A stretch of 52,313 nt of DNA from assembly GCA_017508065.1 (NCBI GenBank), contig JAFVZR010000112.1:1-52313 (forward strand), read 5' to 3'. Source of the DNA: Candidatus Methanomethylophilaceae archaeon. Lineage in GTDB: Archaea > Thermoplasmatota > Thermoplasmata > Methanomassiliicoccales > Methanomethylophilaceae. The notes beneath the pieces were generated by a model. That model worked only from the letters and a program-made list of their open reading frames with translations, did no database searches and was not told the DNA's origin. This document shows, one piece after another, positions 18,446-25,884 of the stretch (within the stretch, counting starts at the first letter, position 1; every line of letters begins with the position of its first letter). Both the position numbers and the translations under genes were made by a program.

Positions 18446-18687
18446 CGACAACCGCCTTCCGGATCTGGAATCATTTCAAGAACATCATCGTTCAGAAGTC
18501 CTGCATCCGGAACCTTAGTTTTTCCGGACAACAGTTTCTTGCCTTTCTTGAGGACATATGCGCCCGCATCCAGATTCCAGTACTCTCCTGCACTGACGAT
18601 AAGATCGTTCACGGTCTCGTCAGGTTCCGCTTCCATCCTAAGACTTGTTCCGTTGGCAAGATTCTTTATTGTGAGCCTAATGGTCAT
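18421..18687 (-). CDS. Ubiquitin-like beta-grasp protein precursor (88 aa; GG followed by a 9-aa tail, CRWGSHHKF)
   Basis: 'LRMEAEPDETVNDL' parallels ubiquitin 'TLEVEPSDTIENV', and 'KKGKKLLSGKTKV' parallels 'FAGKQLEDGRTLS'. A di-Gly sits at residues 78-79. The ATG at 18687 shares 1 nt with the E1 stop (TAATG). The track's 22-codon extension was rejected. Confidence 0.75.
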   Translation of the reverse strand: MTIRLTIKNLANGTSLRMEAEPDETVNDLIVSAGEYWNLDAGAYVLKKGKKLLSGKTKVPDAGLLNDDVLEMIPDPEGGCRWGSHHKF

Positions 18688-19457
18688 TACGATTCCCTCC
18701 CATGGTTCGGACAGGTCGGATCGATGTCCGCCTCTACAGTGAACATATCGCATAACGTTCCGTCATAATAAGTAACGTTCGTTATGCACAGTTCCGGATG
18801 TCCAGATATTATCTTCATGGTTTCACGGACCTGCATGGCGGCCACGATGGCAGTGGTGGTCACATCGGATGCGAGGTGTGGTGTGAATGATGAATTACCC
18901 GTGCATGTGTGTCTGGTTTCCATGGTCTTCACATGCGTACGGTTGGACACGCATTGTAGGCATGGTCTTCCGGGGAGGATGACGTGGACCTTCCCTCTCA
19001 TGCCATCGGTAGCTCCATCGATGTATGGGATACCATAATAGCAAGTGGTGGCGTTAAGGTCCATCCTTGCAAGTATGTTGTCCAAACAACCCAATGCGAT
19101 GTCGAATCCCTCTATATCGACGTCCTGTATCCTGCCAACGATCGGCACAATCTCTACATCCGGGGCTAGAAGGGATGCACGTTCGGCTACGATCTCGGAT
19201 TTCATACCCTTCTTCACATCTGAGTCGGTGAAGAACATGCATCTGTTGAGATTGGACAGTACGATATCATCCATGTCCACAACGGTGATCCTCTTGAATC
19301 CTGCAAGTACGAGGTTCTTGACGACCTCGTTCCCAAGTGCTCCGGCACCTGCGACGAGGACATTGGATGAACGTATCGCATCCTGGTCCACCCATGTGAT
19401 GCGCCTTTGGCGATCATATCTGTCCTTGTCCTCAAAACCCGCGGATACGGTGTCCAT
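18687..19457 (-). CDS. ThiF/MoeB/E1-like Ubl-activating adenylyltransferase (256 aa)
   Basis: The motifs 'RYDRQ', the Rossmann loop 'VLVAGAGALGNEVVKNL' and 'VDMDDIVLSNLNRC' are present. Zn-type pairs 'CLQC' and 'CPNH' occur, and 'HTCTG' is a candidate cross-over-loop Cys. Confidence 0.9.
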   Translation of the reverse strand: MDTVSAGFEDKDRYDRQRRITWVDQDAIRSSNVLVAGAGALGNEVVKNLVLAGFKRITVVDMDDIVLSNLNRCMFFTDSDVKKGMKSEIVAERASLLAPDVEIVPIVGRIQDVDIEGFDIALGCLDNILARMDLNATTCYYGIPYIDGATDGMRGKVHVILPGRPCLQCVSNRTHVKTMETRHTCTGNSSFTPHLASDVTTTAIVAAMQVRETMKIISGHPELCITNVTYYDGTLCDMFTVEADIDPTCPNHGRES

Positions 19458-19506
19458 GGAGCATAATATCGTTAAGGACTAATAATCGCATGGTCATAGC
19501 CGTGGT

Positions 19507-19701
19507 ATGGCGCTGAAGTTGCCCGACCATTCACACTGTGTACATTGCGGAGATCCGATCCCTTTTGGTGAACAGTATTGTGATGAAAAGTGTCAGGATT
19601 CATTCACCAAGGAGTCCAAGAGGACTCGTATCAAGGATTTCGCATTCTATTCCACCGTGGCCTTGGCGTTGGTGGTCATTGTTTATGCCTATATCCTTTG
19701 A
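19507..19701 (+). CDS. DUF2116-like zinc-ribbon protein with a C-terminal TM helix
   Basis: 'CVHCGDPIPFGEQYCDEKCQ' is followed by a basic linker and the hydrophobic 'FAFYSTVALALVVIVYAYIL'. Confidence 0.6.
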   Translation: MALKLPDHSHCVHCGDPIPFGEQYCDEKCQDSFTKESKRTRIKDFAFYSTVALALVVIVYAYIL

Positions 19702-20479
19702 TCGCATCGACCATCCTTTTCGTATCGTGGACACGGACGATGTCCGCACCTTTGGATATCGCATCGAGGTTAGCCAATATGGTAGATTCGTCACGGTCAG
19801 TGTCTGGGTACAGGTAGGACAACACTCTCTTCCTGGACACTGCGATCAATAAGGGATTGCCGATCTTCAGGGATCCCAATTCGTCCAGGATCCTCACATT
19901 CTGTTCCATCGTCTTTCCGAATCCAACTCCCGGGTCCAGGATCATATCCTTCCTTTTGATGCCGTATGATTCGCCGATACTGATCTTCTCTTCAAAGAAA
20001 GAAATTATCTGCGGCATCGGGTCCCCGACCATATCGTTCTGGTGCACGACCCCCACATCCGTAGGGCAATGCATCAGGATTATGGGTACATCGAATTCGG
20101 AAGCGCATTCGAACATCCTTTCATCACGGAAAGAGTTCACATCGTTCAGAATGTCCGCACCTGCGGATACCGCCTCATAGGCCACAGCCGATTTTCTGGT
20201 GTCCACGGAGATTGTGATGTCAGATACCTCACGGATCCCGCGGATGACTGGCAACAATCTGTCCATCTCCTCCTTTTCGGAGACTGGTAGAAAACCGGGT
20301 CTGGTGGATTCTGCACCAATATCGATGATGCTTGCGCCGTCATCGATCATCCTCATCGCATGGGCTACCGCATCGGTAACGTTCCGATGCGATCCCCCAT
20401 CAGAGAAGGAATCCGGGGTGATGTTCAGTATACCCATCACCGCCGGGCTTCCGATATGTTTCTTTCCGATGTCCAACAT
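19676..20479 (-). CDS. folP: Dihydropteroate synthase (pterin-binding domain)
   Basis: The motifs 'MGILNITPDSFSDGG', 'IIDIGAESTRPG', 'ISVDT', 'DPGVGFGK' and 'VSRKR' are present. Confidence 0.9.
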   Translation of the reverse strand: MLDIGKKHIGSPAVMGILNITPDSFSDGGSHRNVTDAVAHAMRMIDDGASIIDIGAESTRPGFLPVSEKEEMDRLLPVIRGIREVSDITISVDTRKSAVAYEAVSAGADILNDVNSFRDERMFECASEFDVPIILMHCPTDVGVVHQNDMVGDPMPQIISFFEEKISIGESYGIKRKDMILDPGVGFGKTMEQNVRILDELGSLKIGNPLLIAVSRKRVLSYLYPDTDRDESTILANLDAISKGADIVRVHDTKRMVDAIKGYRHKQ

Positions 20480-21579
20480 CAGAGGAGTTCATCCACGAGT
20501 TCGGTGAGGTCGACAACCTTCTTGTCCTTACGGTCTCCAAGACCGAGGATGAGGTTGTTGACACAGAACGGACAGGTGGTGATGATGTAGTCTGCGAACT
20601 CCGCCTCGTCGACCCTGGTGCGGGCGATCCTTCCGGATTCCTCGGGGAATGCAGACCTTACACCTCCGCCGCCTCCACAGCAGTGGCTGAGGTTACGGGT
20701 GAACTCCATCTCCTTGAACTGGAGCTCGGGGATCTTGGCGATGACCGCCCTGGGCGCATCGTAGACACCGCAGTGCCTTCCGAGGTGACAGGGGTCGTGG
20801 TATGTTGCGACACCGGTCATGGGCCTGAGTTTCAGTTCCTGCTCTGCGAGGAACTCGGTGATGTGGAGGACCTTGAAGGGAAGCTCTCCCAGGTGCTTGG
20901 GGTACTCCTTCTTGAACATCCTGTAACATCCTGCGCAGGAGAGGACGAGGGTCTCGATTCCGAGTGATTTGATGTTGTCGACGTTCTTCCTCATCATTCC
21001 GACGATGTCCTCCTCGGGCCATCCGATCCTCTGCATGACGGATCCGCAGCAGATCTCGTCCACGGTGGTGAAGTCCACGTTGAGCTTCTTGAGGATGGAG
21101 ATGGTGGCAGCGGAGGTCTTGGTGCTCCTGTATGTCGCGGTACATCCTGCGAAGTATCCGACCTTCGCGGGCTTGGGCTCGATACCAAGAGTCTCAATGA
21201 CGGATTTCTCCTCTCCGAATGGGTTGTTGTACTTCAGTACGTTCTCGCAGATCGCCTTGTGTTTAGGGAGGATGTGACCGTTCTTGACGAGATCCGCACG
21301 ACAAAGCTCGACGATGTCGACGATCTTGACCTTGGAGGGGCAGCGCCTCTCACAGTCGGCACAGGTAGTACATGTGTACATGTTCTCGACGACGGACTCG
21401 TCTGCGGGGATCTCTCCGTTCAACAGTCCGTAGGTGAGGACGATACGTCCTCTGGAAAGTGCGGAATCCCATCCGATAGCTTTGAAGGAGGGACACACGC
21501 TCTTACAGAATCCGCACATTGTACAGATGTTGACCGCATTCCTGACGGTCTCGAGGTTAACGACTTCGAATTCTTCCAT
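20479..21579 (-). CDS. HdrD/GlcF/GlpC-family Fe-S oxidoreductase (two ferredoxin-type clusters plus two CCG domains)
   Basis: The ferredoxin-type motifs are 'CTMCGFCKSVCP' and 'CTTCADCERRCP'. The CCG motifs are 'EICCGS' and 'SHCCGGGGG', followed by 'TTCPFC'. Confidence 0.8.
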   Translation of the reverse strand: MEEFEVVNLETVRNAVNICTMCGFCKSVCPSFKAIGWDSALSRGRIVLTYGLLNGEIPADESVVENMYTCTTCADCERRCPSKVKIVDIVELCRADLVKNGHILPKHKAICENVLKYNNPFGEEKSVIETLGIEPKPAKVGYFAGCTATYRSTKTSAATISILKKLNVDFTTVDEICCGSVMQRIGWPEEDIVGMMRKNVDNIKSLGIETLVLSCAGCYRMFKKEYPKHLGELPFKVLHITEFLAEQELKLRPMTGVATYHDPCHLGRHCGVYDAPRAVIAKIPELQFKEMEFTRNLSHCCGGGGGVRSAFPEESGRIARTRVDEAEFADYIITTCPFCVNNLILGLGDRKDKKVVDLTELVDELL

Positions 21580-22821
21580 TTATTCCACCCTGGGTATTGT
21601 GACGCTTCCGTCCGTTAGGATGATTATCCTCGCATCAGGGTTCTCGGAGAGACCCTTCTTCACCGCATCCGCCACGGACGGGAACGGGGTGATGTTCGCG
21701 GACGATATGATCTCGGGGTCGAGGTCGGTCACCGCCCAAATGTCTGCCCAGACCGCAATCTCTGCCATCTTGGCAGCCTTGTGGTATCCGAGCTTGTACT
21801 CTGCTTTGATGTTCTCGAGGACCTGCTTGGGATCCTTGGAGGATGACAGCTGGTTGAGGAAGGTGGCGTGTCCGATTCCTTCCCTGCACTTGGAGACCAT
21901 GAGGATCTTTCCTCCCTCCTTCAGTGCCCACTTTCCGTTATCGAGTGCCTTCTGAGACTGGTAGAGGTCCACATCCATCGGGTACGGAGCGACGGAGATG
22001 ACCATGTCTGCCTTCTCGGGGATAGGTACGATGAAGACTTCCTCTGCCCACTTCACAGCCTGTGCGAAGGCCAGGTTGAGGTCTCCAGCCGCGGTCCTGT
22101 AGACGTTCTGGTGTCTGTCCAATACCATCTGGATGGAGAAGATCTTCTTTCCCTTGATGACCTCGAGTGCATCCATCATGTCCTCGTGAACGGGGTTGCC
22201 TTCAAGAACGAGGGACTGTGCCTCCTTGTTCATGGCGAGCTTGTGGTTGGTCTCGACGGTCTTGAAGGATGCGACTCCGGGGAGGAAGGACTTCCTTCCG
22301 CCGGTGTATCCTGCGAAGTAGTGGGGCTCGACACTGGTGATTATGACCAGTCTGTCCGCGTCCACTGCGACCTTGTTGACCTCCATGGGCGTTCCGTTCT
22401 TGGAGTCTCCCAAGTAGACGCACTCGGATTTCTTTGCATCGTGAACGACGATACGGTCCTTGAGGTTCTCATAGTGTGCACCGAATACGAAGTTATACTC
22501 CTCCTCGGTCATGTCCCTGTGGGTTCCGGTGGCGATGAGGTATCTCGCCTTCCTCAGGTCCATCCTTGTGGAGAGCGCATCCAATACCTTTGCCGTAGGG
22601 GTGGGGCGAGTTCCATCGTTGACGATGAAGACTATGTCTTCACCTCCCTCGAGGAAACTCTCGAGCGAATCGTATCCAATCGGTGAATCGATGGATGCCT
22701 TGATCGTGTCCTCAGCGTTTCCGCATACTACTTCCATGGGGGCGTAGATTCCGACGAGGTTCTTCTCGGGAATCTCGACCGGCTGGACACCGTCCTTTCC
22801 GTACCTTATGTCCACCTGCAT
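21580..22821 (-). CDS. larA: LarA-family (DUF2088) nickel-pincer-dependent 2-hydroxyacid racemase/epimerase-like protein
   Basis: The protein starts 'MQVDIRYGKDGVQPVEIPEKNL...' and shows 'IVNDGTRPTP', 'ATGTHR', 'EPHYFAGYTGGRKS' and 'GYHKAAKM'. The track's 92-codon N-terminal extension was rejected. Confidence 0.8.
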   Translation of the reverse strand: MQVDIRYGKDGVQPVEIPEKNLVGIYAPMEVVCGNAEDTIKASIDSPIGYDSLESFLEGGEDIVFIVNDGTRPTPTAKVLDALSTRMDLRKARYLIATGTHRDMTEEEYNFVFGAHYENLKDRIVVHDAKKSECVYLGDSKNGTPMEVNKVAVDADRLVIITSVEPHYFAGYTGGRKSFLPGVASFKTVETNHKLAMNKEAQSLVLEGNPVHEDMMDALEVIKGKKIFSIQMVLDRHQNVYRTAAGDLNLAFAQAVKWAEEVFIVPIPEKADMVISVAPYPMDVDLYQSQKALDNGKWALKEGGKILMVSKCREGIGHATFLNQLSSSKDPKQVLENIKAEYKLGYHKAAKMAEIAVWADIWAVTDLDPEIISSANITPFPSVADAVKKGLSENPDARIIILTDGSVTIPRVE

Positions 22822-22924
22822 TTCTATCGGACGGGCATATCCTCCAGTGATATTATATTTTATTCGTGCTGGCGCGCGATTAAAGACCCCAACTGTTTTA
22901 TCGGTGCCGTAAGATGGAGAGTCG

Positions 22925-23860
22925 ATGGCCAAATTCGGAGAAACGGACGAGAGGGAGATGATCTCCATGATACGCGGTTGCATCCGTGCCGCACCATGTG
23001 CCACAGATGATGATGCAGCTGTAATGCCCATCGGTAGGGACGATCTCGTCGTATGTACCGATTCAGTGACCTTCGAAAGACATATGCCAGAAGGCATGAC
23101 TTACGAACAATTCGGTTGGATGGCCGCAGCAGTGAACATGAGCGATCTGGCTGCAATGGGCGCCACACCCATCGGAGTGGTATCCGCGTTGTTGCTCCCG
23201 AAGGACATGGAGACGTCCCAGGTCTGTGAGATCATGACCGGTGTGGACGAGTGTGCGGAGTTCTGTAACTGTCACATCGTCGGAGGGGACACGAAACCTG
23301 GAAACGGTGTGGCATCCGTCACGGCATTCGGTGTCATGGAAGGCAGGAAGCCAATGACCAGGAAAGGTGCCAGAGTGGGGGACGTCATCGCTGTGACAGG
23401 AGAGTTGGGTGCAGCTGCCGCCGGATTCCTGGCGCTTGCTAACAAGTTCGATATGCCAGATGCGGTGTCCGCGCTCTGCGCCCCCATACCCAGGGTGGAG
23501 GAGGGCATAGCATTGTCCTCATCCGGTCTGGTCTCGTCCTGCATCGACCTCTCCGATGGATTGGCCACCGCATTGAACACCATCTGTTCGATGAACGGTT
23601 GCGGAGCCATTGTCGAGTGGGATCTCCTTCCGAAGAGCCAGTATGTGGATGAGGTCTGTAGCAGATTGGGCGTTCCGGACAGGGAGCTCACCATCGGTTG
23701 GGGCGGGGAGTACGAGCTGTTGTTCACATTCGACCGCAATGATGCTGAGGTCCTCTATGAGCTGGGTGTCGAGTTCAGCATGATCGGTCTGATCACGGAG
23801 AACGATGTGGTCCTCCATAGGGACGAGAAGTACGAGGCGTTGGGATATGGGTGCTATTAG
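22925..23860 (+). CDS. thiL: Thiamine-monophosphate kinase (AIR-synthase-related)
   Basis: The motifs 'DDAAV', 'VCTDSVTFERH', 'GWMAAAVNMSDLAAMGA' and 'HIVGGDT' are present. Confidence 0.85.
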   Translation: MAKFGETDEREMISMIRGCIRAAPCATDDDAAVMPIGRDDLVVCTDSVTFERHMPEGMTYEQFGWMAAAVNMSDLAAMGATPIGVVSALLLPKDMETSQVCEIMTGVDECAEFCNCHIVGGDTKPGNGVASVTAFGVMEGRKPMTRKGARVGDVIAVTGELGAAAAGFLALANKFDMPDAVSALCAPIPRVEEGIALSSSGLVSSCIDLSDGLATALNTICSMNGCGAIVEWDLLPKSQYVDEVCSRLGVPDRELTIGWGGEYELLFTFDRNDAEVLYELGVEFSMIGLITENDVVLHRDEKYEALGYGCY

Positions 23861-24863
23861 TCCTGTCACGATTGAGGCGAAATACTATCGCAAGGATGGA
23901 GAGAACTTCATTTGCGAGTTATGTCCCAGAGGATGTGTCCTCACAGAGGGACAGACCGGATTCTGCGGTGCACGTCGTGTACAGAATGGCATTCTGGTCG
24001 CCAACACGTACGGAAGGGTCTCCTGCATCGCCATCGATCCGATGGAGAAGAAACCACTATACAACTATCTCCCGAGGGCGAGAGTGTTCTCCATAGGCAG
24101 CATCGGATGCAACATGTCCTGCAGACACTGTCAGAACTATGCAATATCACAGTCGAATTCGGGAGGCAAGAGGACCACGTACAAGTCCCCAGAGGACATA
24201 CTCTCGATGTGTTCAAAGGAGGGAACGGCCTCGATGGCGTTCACATACAACGAACCGGGCCTTTGGTTCGAGTACATAATGGACATCACTGCACGCGCAC
24301 CGGATCTGAGGTACGTGATGGTCTCAAACGGTCTGCTCAATGAGGCACCTTTGAAGGAACTGTGCAACGTCATAGATGCATTCAACATCGACCTCAAGGG
24401 ATTCAATGAGGACTTCTACATGAACATCTGTGGAGCCCATCTCGATGACGTCCTGAGGTCACTGAAGATCATTTACGATTCCGGTGCACATCTGGAATTG
24501 ACATATCTTGTGATCCCGGAGTACAATGACGATATGGAAGAGATCGCCAGGATGTCGAAATGGGTAATCGAGAACCTTTCCAGTGATGTGCCTCTGCACT
24601 TCACCAGATTCCATCCGGACAATCAGATGGTCGATGTTCCATGGACTCCCTTGGATACACTCGTAAACGCAAGGGCGGTTGCCATGTCCGCAGGTTTGAA
24701 CTATGTGTACATCGGCAACGTGATGTCCGATGGCGGAAGCGATACCATCTGTCCTGAATGCGGTTCGGTCGTCATCGAGAGGATCGGATACATGGTGGAC
24801 ATAATCGGTCTTGATGGTGACAGGTGCTCCAACTGCGGTAGGCGGATCCATATCACAAGGTGA
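23847..24863 (+). CDS. AmmeMemoRadiSam-system radical SAM enzyme (PflA-like activase family)
   Basis: The N-terminus carries 'CELCPRGCVLTEGQTGFCGARR'. The radical SAM motif is 'GCNMSCRHCQN', and the C-terminus carries 'CPECG...CSNCG'. The ATG at 23847 overlaps the end of thiL by 14 nt. Confidence 0.8.
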   Translation: MGAISPVTIEAKYYRKDGENFICELCPRGCVLTEGQTGFCGARRVQNGILVANTYGRVSCIAIDPMEKKPLYNYLPRARVFSIGSIGCNMSCRHCQNYAISQSNSGGKRTTYKSPEDILSMCSKEGTASMAFTYNEPGLWFEYIMDITARAPDLRYVMVSNGLLNEAPLKELCNVIDAFNIDLKGFNEDFYMNICGAHLDDVLRSLKIIYDSGAHLELTYLVIPEYNDDMEEIARMSKWVIENLSSDVPLHFTRFHPDNQMVDVPWTPLDTLVNARAVAMSAGLNYVYIGNVMSDGGSDTICPECGSVVIERIGYMVDIIGLDGDRCSNCGRRIHITR

Positions 24864-25707
24864 ACAGAGGGAAACCCACCGTCACCATGATGATGAACGC
24901 GATGGTGATGGGGATCAGGAACGGGATGATCGCGGTCACCCAAATCTCGGTCCTTCCTCCATCCTCCAATCTTTTCCAAATCTCATCATCCTCTATCGCG
25001 GAGGTGGTGATGGCGGATTCTCCGTCCACGATATCCTCCATGGACCACACCTTCGACACCTTCGCCTTCTCGATGGGCATCATTGTCCCTATGATCATCT
25101 GAGGCATCACCGTGTTTCCAGCGATCAGGTTGCGGATAAAGTTGAAGACGCCGTACAGGAGGCTCAATACCAGTGCCATGGTCAACACCGCGAAAGCCGG
25201 TGTGAACACCTGCGACTCTATTCCCGAAGGGACATCGATGATGGGCATACCGAGGATCTCCGGATAAGTGGGGAAAACGGAAGCGATGGCGATGATAGAT
25301 TTCGCATCCGCGCCGCCTCTGACGAGACCAGTGTAATATAGCACATTCATTGCGGCATAGGTTATCGGGATGGAGATGAACGTCCTTCCCACGTCCCCGC
25401 CGATCATTACGAACGGGACGATCGCCAAGATCGCTATCGCGATGTAGATTGTCATGTCCATCATGATGGGGGGCTCCCTGTCGTAGAGGCAGTCGAATGC
25501 GATAAGTGCCACACAGATGGGCATGAGGAGACCTACAGGGCCCAGGCCCGAGTCTATGACCTTGGCGATGGACAGGATGATGCCCACGACGAACATGATC
25601 GCCCAGTGCCAGTCCGGAATCTCACGATATTTCCAATCGAACACGCTGGCAGACAGAAGGGTTGCGAGAATCAGAAACACTACCAGGACGGTGATCGATT
25701 GTTCCAT
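24853..25707 (-). CDS. A24-family aspartic peptidase (prepilin/preflagellin signal peptidase, FlaK/PibD-like)
   Basis: The protein is polytopic. 'SVFDWKYREIPD' supplies the first catalytic Asp and 'GGADAK' the second (GxGD-type). Confidence 0.8.
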   Translation of the reverse strand: MEQSITVLVVFLILATLLSASVFDWKYREIPDWHWAIMFVVGIILSIAKVIDSGLGPVGLLMPICVALIAFDCLYDREPPIMMDMTIYIAIAILAIVPFVMIGGDVGRTFISIPITYAAMNVLYYTGLVRGGADAKSIIAIASVFPTYPEILGMPIIDVPSGIESQVFTPAFAVLTMALVLSLLYGVFNFIRNLIAGNTVMPQMIIGTMMPIEKAKVSKVWSMEDIVDGESAITTSAIEDDEIWKRLEDGGRTEIWVTAIIPFLIPITIAFIIMVTVGFPLFTL

Positions 25708-25717
25708 ATGTCCATAA

Positions 25718-25729
25718 TTCGAATATTGT
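25718..25729. repeat. Copy 1 of the exact 12-nt direct repeat TTCGAATATTGT, a candidate operator
   Basis: It lies between a minus-strand TATA-like ATATAAAA (25729-25736) and the peptidase ATG at 25707. Confidence 0.4.
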
Positions 25730-25861
25730 TTTATATGTTTGTCCCCTATTGGACATTGAACTATAATTTTCTTCGAAATTCGTGGAAATTACGCGATAAT
25801 ATCTTGAAAACAGTAGGTAATTTTACGAAATACACAATATCGTTACGTTTTTCACAATACA

Positions 25862-25868
25862 TTATATA
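25862..25868 (+). promoter_or_regulatory. Candidate TATA box for the Lrp-dapA operon
   Basis: TTATATA lies 53 nt upstream of the ATG at 25921, and a GGAGGGG Shine-Dalgarno motif is at 25909-25915. Confidence 0.4.
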
Positions 25869-25872
25869 GGTT

Positions 25873-25884
25873 TTCGAATATTGT
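25873..25884. repeat. Copy 2 of the 12-nt direct repeat TTCGAATATTGT
   Basis: It lies immediately downstream of the lrp TATA box. The inverse half-sites ACAATAT (25834-25840) and ACAATAC (25853-25859) are nearby. Confidence 0.4.

Noticed and set aside
17463-19457. Reading the E1/E2/JAB/Ubl cassette as a mobile anti-phage island (CBASS type II or Bil-like).
   Set aside because: There is no CD-NTase, effector, integrase, transposase or flanking repeat. The flanking tRNAs are more than 3 kb away. The neighbours are housekeeping genes, and the E2 is canonical HPN-type rather than Cap2/Bil-like. By eye I could not see a convincing compositional break, but I could not compute one. A defence role is not excluded, only unsupported.
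18687-19457. The E1-like gene simply being MoeB/UbaA for molybdopterin or tRNA thiolation, with a MoaD/ThiS-type sulfur carrier.
   Set aside because: This is possible as a second function. However, the sulfur-carrier model does not explain the overlapped canonical E2 or the post-GG propeptide that requires a protease. No moaE, thiG or ncs6-type partner is adjacent.
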